Shown: piece after piece, positions 39,008-51,985 of the stretch
Numbering within the stretch: the first letter of the stretch is position 1
How the letters are laid out: every line of letters begins with the position of its first letter
Origin: Perna viridis
Taxonomy: Eukaryota
Length of the DNA: 64,000 nucleotides
Assembly (NCBI GenBank): GCA_037379345.1
Contig: CM074514.1
Span: 9,176,001-9,240,000 of the forward strand
Reading direction: 5' to 3'
Notes under the pieces: generated by a model
The model's database searches: none
Told to the model about the DNA's origin: nothing
What the model saw: only the letters and a program-made list of their open reading frames with translations
Program-made: the position numbers and the translations under genes

Positions 39008-40656
39008 CAAAAAAGATAAATGAAAAAGAAATAGTCATACGCATGACTATTAAAAAAAATAATACAACATTGTATCTTTTAGATTAGTGATAATTGTTAT
39101 CTTGTTTGAAGGCTCTGTTAAAGATGGTGATGATGTTATTGACAAACGAAATGTTGGCATTATCAATCACGCGTCTTTCCACGGCCTGACCTTACAAGAA
39201 GACCACACATATATCATTTCTGTATCAGGTAAGTTTACTTTAACTGATTATCAAAATTGTTTAAAATGAGTTCAACTGCACTTTTAAGTCTTCGCAATGG
39301 AAGTTTGAAATCTCTGTCTAAACTTCTTAATTTCTGGCCAGTAGTTTAATAAGCATACAATTACATGAATGTTGTTGAATTTTATCATCAGGTGTTGATT
39401 TCATCAACCGAACGACAAAAGTCTATGCCAATCCCGTAACAGTAGATACTACACCCCCAGTAGTTTCATCAGAATCTATGTATATTGGTGGCAGAATTTG
39501 AACTAATTTAAGCCAGATAGAGATTTGGTAAATATAATTGCAGTAGAATGGCCTGATTGTAATTACTTAGAAATAATAAGTTCAAACGTATTTTGTTATA
39601 TGAGACAATATATGAATTTTCTACTCAATATAAATTATAAATACATACATTAAAACTTGACTTCGTAAGGACAAGAACGTGCGGGTAACTATGCATTTTT
39701 TGTCAGATTATTTGAAAGGTTCCATATTAAAGAGTGTTCAATTCTATTTTGGTTCCATAAGATCGCCAGATAATACTTTTGGAAAGATCAGCTCTGTATT
39801 TGATATACAATGGTCATATAGAAGAGTCATCTTATCTAAAAAGCCACATTTACAAGAAGGATTCAAAATCGAAATAGTAATTGTTCTACACAGATCATAG
39901 TTCAGAAATATTGCTGAACAAACCAACTGTATAAGAATTATAATGTACGTTGACCGTGGTTCCTTTGCATCAGTTCGACCACTTGTTTTAGTACACTAAA
40001 ATACCTGTTCAAACCCGATATTAAAGTTTTTTTTATACTTGCGTTTAATGTATCATTGTTATTAAAAGTCAACCGAAATATTTATTAGAATTGGTTATTG
40101 GAATTCATTATTGGAATTATGAATAAATGATATGAGATGTACTTAAGAACACTACAATTTCGTTCTAATCAGGATTAAAATGCATCATCTATCGTTTAAA
40201 TTATTCATCCAATTATCATTAAAAGGCGGCTCTTAATTTCTGAACTTTCCGTTTGAATGATGAATGAATTTACAAGAATTGAGCTCTCCAGCTTCATGAA
40301 GATGCCCCGAATAACATTAAATTTGTATGTTCGTTGTATGAAGTAAACTAGTAAAGGGTACTTACAAAACGCTTCATACGTATTAATTATGTATTTGTTG
40401 CTTTCATGTGAAATTCATTTCCTTCTTTTTGTAAAACAAATATACACAACTAAAATAAATTTGTATCCTCCATTTTAAGCTGTGAGAGACAAATAATCAC
40501 CATATAAAACATTATGTATGCTCATCATACGACATTACATGACAACTACGTCCATTTGGAATTATTTCATATATGTAACAATGCTCTTATTTTGAAGGCT
40601 GTATTACAGACAACCTGTTTATTTGAATATTTCATGACTGATTTTGTTGTGTTTAG

Positions 40657-40934
40657 GCATTCAACAAGGTCGGACTTTCAGCCAGTAAATCATCCGTAGC
40701 ACTCATTTACGACATTTCATCTCCTGTTGCCGGACATGTCTATGATGGGAAATCGGACACAGTATCGCCTCACTCTAAAGATATAGATTACCAGACAGAT
40801 ATGATACATTTATCTGTTTACTTGGAGGGCTTTTATGATCCTCATTCAGTTATAAAGTGCTACCGTGTTTATATCGGAACTTTTTTCTGGATGTGATGAT
40901 ATCATGAAGGAACAAGTTGTAGGTGCTCAAACAT
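40657..40934 (+). pseudogene. FN3/Ig-like repeat exon
   Basis: DISSPVAGHVYDG...DIDYQTD...EGFYDPHSVIKCYRVYIGTFSGCDDI; AG acceptor and GTAAGT donor. Confidence 0.72.
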
Positions 40935-43900
40935 GTAAGTATTTCAGTCCCGCACTTGTTTCTCACATTGAGTTTGGATATGTAAATACACTGACCTTAA
41001 AAGTTAAGCCCCGACCAAAAAATAAAACAAAAAAGAATTTTTCTATCTCATCGTTGTTGGAATGTATCAAAACATTGACTTCGATATTTCAAACAGACCA
41101 AGTGCAATTGAACAAATAAATGCATGAATGCAATCGTTCTTCATGAATTAAGAAATATATTTGTAGGATAGTAACCTCGTATAAAAATGTGATATAAGCC
41201 AAGGGGTATTGTGAGCACAGGTTAACATTTAATATTTTTTTTCAGATTTTTCCTGGTCTAATCATGTCGCCCTGGAGGCTGGTCGTAGATATTATTCTAC
41301 AGTAACAGCATGTAACACCGGAAATATGTGTAAATCTGTGACATCAGACGATGTTGTTCAAGATGGCTCTGCTGAATATGACATCGAATTCTTGTCGGTT
41401 AGGTAAGTAAGCGTCTCTTTTATTCAAAGTTCAAGATAATATGTTTCATAACTACCTGTCTTGTAATAGATAATTTCTTTTTATTTTTGTTAAGATATTT
41501 TTTCAAATATCTTCCACAGATATAATTTCAAGTAAGTCCAATTTTAGTGTCTTATTTTGTTATTTTTGTCCTAATATCTTTCCAGGGATTACATAGCGGT
41601 AAAATGGTTCGGATTTAATGATCAACAGACTGATACAGATTACATTGTGGTTCGGGTTGGTACATCCCCAGGATCATTTGATGTTTATCACCCACGTATT
41701 ATAAGTGAAACATATATGGTGATTATGACAGACCTACCAGCGCCTCTACCTCCAGGCCAGAAAAATAAAGTTAGCAAAATGTTGTAATATAAAATAAATT
41801 CAGTTTATGTTTTCAGATAAGTTAACATTCTCTTAGTTTCATATTTATGACCTCAGCTGGTTTATAAACAGAATCTACATCAAAGGGATTTCTTGTTGAT
41901 GTGTCACCCCCAGATGTTTTGGAGCCACCAAAATTATCACGTGATATTGGCTAAATAACTGACGACACATCTGTCTTGAGATCTGCAATAAGATTCTAAT
42001 GGGATGTTGAAGATAAACAGTCATCTAAACTTAATCTATAATTATTTTCCTTAGTACATTTGCTGTAATACTGCTATATAAAAATAACTTAAACGGTTAT
42101 TCAATCACAGCAGTTCCCGTAATTTACATGAATACAAAACAAAATATCATTGTCGTTGGTACTTTATTTAAATAATAAGACGATGCAATGGATAACACAA
42201 TATACAATGTGTCAAATTATTTTACATAAATGGAATACTGAGAGAATATACGCTGACTGGTTTAGAGTTACATGACGGAGGAACCTACTACTTCAAACTG
42301 GTAGTTTGTAATGGAGCTTAGATCTGTAAAGAGACGGAATCAGAAGGAGTGTTGTTAGATACAAAGTAAAAACGAACAACATCGGATAACATCGGATAGT
42401 TGATATCACATAAATCTCTAATAACAATATACAGGGATATATAGTTAATATTCGTTTAAATTTGTACTTTTTATTGCAGTTTCTAACAGTGTCTTTTCCT
42501 GCCTGCTAGAATTGAAAAATTGCATTTGTTACAAATGTATAATAGTTTAATAGTCATTAAATTCAAGGTTAAAATTTTTTTATTGAAAATCATGTATTAT
42601 TTTTACCATTTTGCTTCAAGGTATGCTTGCTATTGGTACTTATCACGCTGCTGAACTCACGAGATATACAGATGGGTGGATGACTTGGTCTGACTATACA
42701 CTGAACTAATCATGGGTTGGATTTTCTGATCTTCATACTGGTATAGACAAATACTATACTTGTTGAGAGTCAGTTCATGGGGAATGATTTAAACAAGGGA
42801 TGATACACACACTGGTATGAACAAATAATGTTTATCTTCTGAGAATTATTATGTGGGAAATGACTTCAAGAAGATATGATTTACACACTGATATAGACAC
42901 ATTCTAAAGGAATGAATAAAAAGACAACATTGTAATTACTAACTTATTACACAAATATAAGACTACTTCAGTACATGTTAATGTGTGTGCACAAATATTA
43001 TCTAATACTCAGTGCATCACATATCCTTGGAATAAGCGGACTTCCCATTATACAAATATAATATAAAAGTATAAAAGCACTTTCAGTTTCTTGATTAAAG
43101 CTGGTGTTGCTCACACCATTTTTGAAACAAAGTCCGATGGATTTATTAAATGCCCTTAAAAATTATTACAATTTTCAAATCCCCTGTCTATTATGGAACC
43201 TTGTTCTCACAAATACAGATAATTTATCCGTAATTGTGACCCTACGTAAAAATTAAGTCTTTTTTTGGTATTGCACCACCTCAAATCTTGTCTATCACTT
43301 TGATAGTATTTGTTATTTTATAAAGGTTATACGATGATGTTTTTGTTGCTTTGTTCCTTTTTTATTACTCCTTGTTATCGTCAGAACGTATTACAAGAAC
43401 AATAATATCTTAGCACTTTTTAAAACTAAATGAGGCTTATTCAGTTTATTGGTGACATCACAGTCGATCAAAACCTAACGTTTATAAGTTGATATTGTGT
43501 TTTTTTAGACAAAAAAAACGATAAGTTGTCGCGAAATAATCATCTGTTGTCATAATGGAGAGCGATACTATTTTAAGTACCGTGAAAATTAAAATGAAAC
43601 AGACACATAAATCAACAACAGAATAGAGCACACACTTTATCCACGAAAAATTTATGGTTGTATTTGTAAAACAAAATGTGAATAATTCATTACTGGCTAA
43701 AGACCTCGGAGTCGATATCAGGATTTCGGGCTTACAGCAAGGGCAAAATGAAAAGACCATGTATTAATCTATAGATAGTTTTCAAAGAAATTACAGTTGG
43801 TCAAAATACAGACCCATTATAATTCAGTCCTTTTGTTTTTTGTTTGTACCTGATCAAAATGTTTGATTAAAAAAAACTCTATACTAATTCATTGTAAAAT

Positions 43901-45014
43901 TTGTCGTTAATAGGTACCAGGAATCCTTACAGAACTGTCGCATAATGATTCTTCTGTAGAGTAGGAAGACAAAGGTCATTTACAGTATTTTGTAGTCTCT
44001 ACTCAGCATCTTGTTAATTATGAACATGTTTTCATTAGTGTATGGGCAACCAATAAGGTAATTTTGTATAGAAAAGCATTTAACAAAAAGTTGAGAGTGC
44101 ATTGAAATCACCATCCTTTTCACGAGTTCACCCATAATTCTTGAAAACCAGTTCAGCATTTAGTTTCCTTCTTATCAATCTGGAATCTGAAAGAATCACA
44201 TTTTTACAAAAACACAAACTGTGAATTTTATCGAAAATAGAGAAAGTAAAGTAAAATTGAAGTCCAAATAGTTGGTTCACATTAATGAAAATTTATTTTC
44301 TTTATTTTTCCCACCACAGCAGATCACTTCATAACCAATTCCCCTAATATTTTCAACCTTCTGCACGACTTTGAGTAGTTTTTAAAGCCTAATATCGACC
44401 ATACATGATAATAATATATCTATAAATATTTAATTAATCTATTAAAAAGTTGACGAATGGTACAAACTGAATTCCTTTTTCAAACTAAACGTATAGTATA
44501 ATTGATGTCAGGAAGTATTTTAACATAAGTTTGTACAGATTTTAATTGACTGTAAAACGTGAAATTTACCTTTGGTAATATGTACAAAATCGTTCTTAAT
44601 CAAGAAAAAACTTAAAATATAAAAAACACCTCAATGAAGGTACATCTACACATGAACACATATCTCTGCAGAATTTATTTTATCTTAAAACCCCCAAACA
44701 TCTTGCTTATGACTATGCATTAGTGACAAACTATAGAAAAGTGTGTATGGGCAACGAATAAGGTAATTGTATATAAAAAAGCATTTAACACAAAGTTAAG
44801 GGTGCATGTTAATCATATTTCTTCTACAACGTTTAAGAAAACTAATTGATGAATATCAATAAAAAGAAGGATTCTATAAGAATAAAACAAACATATTATG
44901 ATCCTTAAATGAAACTGTACTTCCGTTATTAAGGTGAATAATAACAACCATAATTAATTGTCAGGTATAATATGCGTAATAATATCAAGAATTAAAATCT
45001 GATATCAACAGTTT

Positions 45015-45660
45015 TTCAAGACGCCTCCGTTTAAGGGAAGAATTCGGATTTAAGAAAGACGATGACAAATCTCTTGTAAGAAATAAATCAGATTACACTC
45101 CCAAACCGGGTAAAGATGTATATTTAGACTCTTCCATTGAGACTATCTCAAAATTACCTATTAATATACAGAAATGTAAACAAAGACAAGAAATTGTCTT
45201 TGTGAACGGGTACGTGTTCATGAGGAACAAATAAAACATCCTGCATACAGGAATACACCAGTAAGTGCCCATCTGGATATATGTGGCAATTGACACTTTA
45301 AAATTATGCCTTTTTTAAATGTTACCGGGATGAAACATATCGGAAAGAAATGAAGCGATATTTCATACAAACTTTCAAGTCGAAATTGAATCCCGAGAAT
45401 ACAAAAACTTAATGTACAACAAACAATGCTGGAACGTCATAAACCTCCGTAACGACGTTACCCATAACGACGTCAATTCAGTTATCCTGAAGAGTCCCTA
45501 CAATGAAATCTCCCCTTCATTTAAGTAACGTCACGATAACGTTACTTAGCTACAATAACTATAGATATCTGTACACACCTGAGGATTGTTTGTAAACATG
45601 AAAGCGCTAGAGTATATTACAGATTTAGAAAACTCTGGTCATGTTTTATTTTATAACGAT
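45015..45660 (+). mobile_element. C-terminal-EN Penelope-like (Neptune-type) fragment with 3' UTR
   Basis: Degenerate GIY-YIG C-terminal half (ERVRVHEEQIKHP...VSAHLDICG..FKIMPF...FKSKLN), then an ACGT-rich UTR and a hammerhead core. Confidence 0.7.
45567..45624 (+). ncRNA. Minimal type I hammerhead ribozyme (degenerate)
   Basis: CTGAGGA core, stem II TGTTT/AAACA, GAAA, palindromic stem III AGCGCT, UA cleavage site, outer stem ATCTGTA/TACAGAT; the proximal part of stem I has mismatches. Confidence 0.65.
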
Positions 45661-46937
45661 ATATATATATATATGGGTTGGAGCAGAGCCAATGTGAAAT
45701 CTAATCATTAATGGATGCTCATATACATTTTTTAAAAAATTATTGTTTTTGATGGTCATATTTCAAATCCATTTGATAGAAGAGAACACAAAGATAACTG
45801 TTGATGACATTCTAGATCTCTCTGGATCTTCTCAATCTGGCGTAAAGTTTACACCTAGCAATTCTTTATTGGCAGCGAAATGGAAGACCACAAATCAGTA
45901 AGGCTTACACCCTCAATGGTATTTGGTTTTTCATTATTATTTTAGGTAATAAAGGGGTAAACTACAACGAGTGTAATTGCTTCTCAGTTGTTTTAATATT
46001 AAAATGAAGAATAATAACAAAATTACCAAACTGATAAATGCTAGGCAACAGTTAAATTGAATAGTCAATAGGAAAGTCCGTATAACAAATGACAATATCA
46101 GGGTTAAAACCAGAAACCAGGAACCAAATCACTGATCCTGTCTTGGTTCATGCATTTCCGATAGAAATGGTATGTTAAACAATATTTTCTAGCCAATTAA
46201 ACCACTCGCTTTCATTTAATTTATCTTCCCCCGGTATATTTAAGGTATGAGTGGAGTGTTGGTCTGTCGTCTCAAGATTCTCCAGAAGGTTTTATTGATA
46301 CATCAACCGATCCACTGTGGAGACATTCTGGACAGAAAGCACAAGCAATATTTTGTTTAAAGCCAGATTTGTTTACGTTTTGTACTCGAAAGGAAAGCTT
46401 TGAAGTGTATAAAAAAATTATGACCAAACAAGATTTTCATAATTAAAAATTAATTCAGATAAAAAACAATAATTTTTTATCAATCATTCAGTGGCAAAGG
46501 TGATGTACGAAAGAATCAAACCTTAAACCTTCCTTGATGGTATGATTGGGTCACAGTGAACTATAAAACGATTTGTTTCCAACCCATGTCTGTTTAATTT
46601 ATTGGTCGCAACTACACAAATAATAAATGTATTGACTCTTTGCTTGCTGGACAAGAATAAAAAGAACTGTATACGTACTCCATCTTTGTTAGAGTTTGGT
46701 ATAGTAGTAATAAGAATGCTATATTTAAATCCAATGGTATCACAGTTCAATCTCGCTCTATACATGTGCATGACCGACGTGGAACCGCAGGAAGTCTAAA
46801 TTTTAAGGGTTTGTTTTTATTTTCAGGTTCCATTGTAATTGTTATGTAATTAGAAAACATATTTAGCAACGTACATTATAAAATAACTAAACGTTTGATT
46901 AAATCTACTAATATGGTCTAAGCTCCAATAAAGTAAT

Positions 46938-47295
46938 GTTGCTACAGAAATTGTATGGTCGTCATCATGAACTCGTGGATCGTTACGGTGTATTCATCTG
47001 TACTATGGGAACCGATTTGTTCACAATCAATGTCATACTTTTCTTTTCCTCTTTCGTCTTTCCCGGACTTGACATGCCCAGTGTTTCTGGAAAAGCAGAG
47101 TACGCTTACACTACCGATGTACCACGTCCATTCTTTAACTTATAGTTGAGTCCGAGTTGTTGATTTCCTTTTGCTTCTAGGTACGTGTCATTTTAGTTAT
47201 TTCATGTTCGTTGTTGTGTGTGTCTGTTTTTTTTCAGTCTGATCTTTTTCCTTGGATAACCTTCTTTTAATTTTTGCTCGATCCTTGGTTCCCTT
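46938..47295 (+). mobile_element. Diverged Naiad PLE 3' fragment
   Basis: LQKLYGRHHELVDRYGV followed by a decayed 3' UTR. Confidence 0.8.
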
Positions 47296-47590
47296 CTTAT
47301 CAAAATACTTTTAGTTTTACAAGTTAATATTAGAACCTGGTCCGTTCTTCTCATTTTTGGTAGTAGGGTCCAGATTTCATTTTCTTCTATAAACATGTTT
47401 TTTTATTATTTCGTATGGGTTATTTGTTATGATTGTGTATTTTAGAATATTATAAAAATCTAGTATAAAAATCTTTAACGTGTACCTAAGTACTTATCCC
47501 GAAGGCAACTAGCTAAAACCAGAAATTTTTATGATGTGTAGATTTTTAATATTTTAAATAGATTAATCATTTAAGGTGTTAAAGGATGCG

Positions 47591-47777
47591 ACTCATTATG
47601 CATAGTTCAAACTCAATCAAAGTGCATTCCATTCTATGATCTACATCATATCACATATCTAATTTTAATGTGTTTTTTAAAAAGCTGTTAAAAAACACAT
47701 TAAAATTAGATATGTGATATGATGTAGATCATAGAATGGAATGCACTTTGATTGAGTTTGAACTATGCATAATGAGT
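47591..47777. repeat. Perfect inverted repeat, 90-bp arms with a 7-nt spacer (foldback/MITE-like)
   Basis: 47591-47680 is the exact reverse complement of 47688-47777; outer GGATGCGACT/AGTCGCATCC motifs and TTAA flanks. Confidence 0.93.
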
Positions 47778-47827
47778 ATTTACATGTAGTCGCATCCCAC
47801 TTAAGGCCTTACATGGTGTATTCGAAA

Positions 47828-48178
47828 GAGTAATCAAGGGAACCAAGGTTATAAGGTTATAGCGGTAATCAAAAGAATATAATCCAGGGACAAAGACCAG
47901 ACATGGAAAACAGACACACACAACAAAGAACATAAAGTAACTAAAATCATACATACAAAGTAACAAAAGTAAATGAGCAACTCAGACTCCACTTAAAACT
48001 GGGAGCATGGACCAGGTGCACCGGTAGGGTAAGCGTCCTCTGCTTTTCTAGAAATACCCGCCGAGTTGCTCATAAAAAGTCAAGTCCGGGGTAGACAAAC
48101 AAGGAAAGGTAAACTATGACCCGTTGAATAAATCAGTTTTCATGGTGCAGATGGATACACCATAACGATCCACGAGTT
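47828..48178 (-). mobile_element. Naiad PLE 3' fragment
   Basis: Reverse complement of 4971-5311. Confidence 0.9.
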
Positions 48179-49149
48179 CGAAGAAACCCAATTTGTGTTG
48201 AATATTAGGTTTATGAAACGGTGTAGGATACAGAATGCACGATGAACCGGACCATAGTGGAATCGGACCAACATATTTAATTTTTATGCCTGCTCATTAT
48301 TTAAGGATACGCGATTAAAAAAAGAATTTTTACTAGCTTTGCAATGAATATATAAGTAGTATTCATATTTACTTGAAGTTATAAATGCAAAAAAAAAAAG
48401 ATTTTTGTCATTTATTTTCTACCGGGAATATATATATGTATAATGTAAAGTCCCTGTTTTCTAGTAGCATATTTTGTTTTATTTAAAACTAACTGAATGA
48501 AGGGTATTTTAACATCCTTGTCTACCCTGATGGATCTCGCAAGGAGCGAACCATTTTGACGATTAAAAGGGAAGTATGTTTTTTAACCAACACCAATCAC
48601 AATTTTTGATTTTTTTTAAAACTATGCTTTTTAAAACAATTTATGGTATTAATTATGCTTATGGAACTCGTTAATTCAATGAAAATGGATTAATAAACAA
48701 GATTATCATAATGTGTCAGTACGTCAACATTGTAAATGATATGATAAGCTGGATTCTGTCTTACACTTTGTTATCTTGTTAAAAATATTTGTTCGCAAAT
48801 GTCGTCTTTTAATGTGCCTTCCTCAACAATTATACAAATATGTTAATATATAAAATAATGTTTTTTGTATACCTTTGCACAACATAGGTTCCCCAGAATA
48901 AATGACATATATGAAAAATTATTACTCATTCACTTCTCTTAGAAATATTTTTTTTTATTTTCTCATCCATGATTTTTAAAAATTACCGATATTCATTTAA
49001 ATGTAAAGGGTTTATTTTCTGATCAGAATAAATCTATTTAAATTAATTATTGAGAAAAATTTACGGGCCATTTGTTTTCTAGAGACCCATAGTGCAAAAG
49101 ACATCGAAAAACAATAGAAAGATGAATCGCGTTGTAAATGAAGTTAAAT

Positions 49150-50850
49150 GAAGAGGAAATAGTCCAAAATTCAGAAAACGACAGCATCTCAATTGGAAAT
49201 ATAATTTCAAAATCATAATGGATGCTGTTAAAGATTATGCCAGATCGTGGATAAAGAAAGAAAAGGACCAAGAACCAGAAGTCAAGTACTTGCCAGATTA
49301 AATACGTACCATCCGATTGTAAGTACGGAATCGTATTGAAACTTTCAAGAAACTGGTCTCTGTAAACAACACTACATGATAAATTAGTTATCGTCCCTGT
49401 GGATAAAGCTTAAAAAACATTGTATTTGTTTGTAAAGCTCATTACCTCAGCTACCTCATAAAGTAATTGGGCACTGATACTAACACCTCAAATAATGCCA
49501 CATACAAACATACTACTTTTGACAAAGATGAAATCCTAAACAACCATAAGTCCTTCATGTCTTCCTTCACGAAACATCAAAACAAAATGTGAGAACTTGA
49601 ATCACTTGTATTGGATTCTCAAACTTCATTAGAATCCATCCAAAGAAAGGTACATAAATTGTTCTTCATCTTGCTTCACGAAAGAGATACCAATTCACCT
49701 TACAAAGATATTGTCCACAGTGAAAGATGCACAACAAGCTAGTTGAAATATTAAGACCATCTACTTTCTTAGTGGCATTAATCATATGTGGATACTTAAA
49801 AATTTTAAAGTTTTAGAAAAAAAAAATATAAAATCCAGCAGGTTTTCGGAAATTAGTTCTCTTCAAACTTTTGAGTTTTCTACACTTTACACTACGTTGC
49901 CACATGATAAATTGAAAACTCGTTTTAATGGATTTATTTGTTACTCTTTTGCTGATTAGACAAATTATGTTGTTCTTGGTTACAAATCCACATATTTATT
50001 TTTAACATCTCAGAAAAAGTGTGCTTGACTTTATCACTGATAACATATTTTTCATGTTTGGAGGATATATTTTTCAGTAAAAAGTTAGCATTCAAATTGG
50101 TACTAATTGTGCGCCTCTCCTAGTCGACTTGTAATGGTATTAAAATGAGACTGATTTTTTCAGAATCACGTAAAGAATAAAAATATAAAAGATGCGAAAT
50201 CCTTTAAATTTCATATACAGATATATTGATGTATGTATTGTCCATTAACAACCCTTCTTTTTGTAAATTGTTATCTTCAATATATCCAGCAGAACTTGAT
50301 ATAATGAGACTACCGAAACAGTTATTTTAGCCTCTTCAATTCGACTACAGTGGTCATATCTGTACTAAGATAAATAATAAAAGAGACAACTTTAGTTTTA
50401 AAGTCATAAAGTTTCCTTTCTTGCACCGCAACGAACCGTCATCTCCTGCATATGCTGTTTGAATTTCACAATTGATTCGTTACACTAGTGGAAGTACTTA
50501 CTACTCTGATTGCCTTGAACACCAAAAATATCTGCGTAATATACTCCTTAATCAGGGATACGTCTCAAAAGATCTCTTAATAAATTATTTATCTGATATC
50601 AGTCCTTGGTTGAAATTACTCAATTTATCTAAAACAATGAGTAATAGTTGCTTTTGTAGATTATTCTTTGAACTAATATGACCACTGATAAACCGATTAT
50701 GATACAATAGCATGCGAATACTATTTAATCACCACCGGGTTTTTCACGCTCCAATGGAAGAGGGGGTTGTTTTGTGCATTGTAAAACCTTGATTAGTTCA
50801 CCAATTCGTTTGAAAGGCCTGCACCAAGTAAGTTTCATTATAGTACCAGC
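49150..50850 (+). mobile_element. Old, highly degenerate Naiad-type PLE of a second subfamily
   Basis: Colinear remnants FKIIMDAVKDYARSW, VIVPVDKA, YWILKLH, MWILKN, FSTLYTTLPHDKLK, GTNCAPLLVDL, RYID, SQLIRY; its 3' UTR differs from subfamily 1. Confidence 0.8.
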
Positions 50851-51985
50851 TACTCCGATGATTTAATATTTATTTTGTTAGATTTAATTTGGATTTGAGT
50901 TGAAAATGGATCGGATAAGTGTTCAGTAATTTTGTTGTTACTCTTATTTTCAAGTTTATTCTAGTAGATTATATTTAGGTAGTCCTTAAAACTAGAAATT
51001 ATAAGAGATAATACATAATCTACATAACGGAAAATAAAATTTGAGGACTTGTATATTTAACACTTTTTTTCTATTCTAGCCTTATAGAAATCCTTCTCAT
51101 ACGAATATAGGAACAGACCGATCAAGAGTGGCACACAGTCCATTCCCACATGTAGTCTGATGGTCTGTTTGAAAGTCTAAGCATTGAAATGTCATTCAGA
51201 AATCAAACCTTTTAACTACATCAGACTCGACGTGCACGTAGCACTAGTCACTCACAGTTTTCCTTATATGTTTAAAATAGTTATATGCTGATGAAAGTAA
51301 TCACATTTACGCCCGTCAGTCACACACTGACTCAGATGGTATAACCATAGTAATAACTATACCATTTTTAAAATTGCCATTGTAATGGAAGCAAGAAATG
51401 TCTCGCAAATTATTGATGACATGGGTGGTGAACTGTGGATTTTGAAAGAAAATATGACACAAGCACCATTAAATGATTCTTTAATCTGCAAGTGTTCAGA
51501 GTGTGATATAATAATTTTCCTAATATTCAACGATTAGATTTTAAAAGACAAATCTTTTGCATAGAGTTAACACATTTGTCGTAAAGTGTTCGTCTATCTA
51601 ACTGTATTTTACATTGAACTGTAGTGTACTCCTGATAGGTAACTTAGTTAAACTTAATTTTTTCAGCCCCAGTTCTTTGATAATAGATTATTTAAAACTG
51701 ATTCCCGAAACTCGTTCATCTTTAATGACATGAAACCAGTTTCAGACATCCAGTACTTATATATTGCAAATTATTTTCTAAAGACCTCACGATTGTACTA
51801 CAACTTTAATACTTATATGATTTACTTTGCTTTGTAACAAGCTTTCTGATTGGCTGTTTTTCTTTGAGCAATTCAGGTTATGTTATGTTGTATACCGTCA
51901 TATGTGTTACGGTGCACATTCCGCGATTAAAATAATCCAAAACAAAATAACGTTTTGGTTACAAATCAATTATTAATATTTGGAC

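Larger units (their letters stand above)
11932..46366 (+). pseudogene. Multi-exon (about 30 exons) gene for a giant extracellular protein: N-terminal Cys-rich/EGF-like modules followed by many FN3/Ig-like repeats; pseudogenised
   Basis: AG..GT-bounded exons translate to EGF-like modules (CSSSGNC-CQDGFY; CYPGNC...CSCISGFGGNQC) and recurring D-x-T/S-P-P..V-x-DG...D-I/V-DYQ...W-x-GF-x-D..SG repeats. Many in-frame stops and frameshifts (e.g. ~12060, 20834, 24400, 39498, 41953, 42319). Confidence 0.75.
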
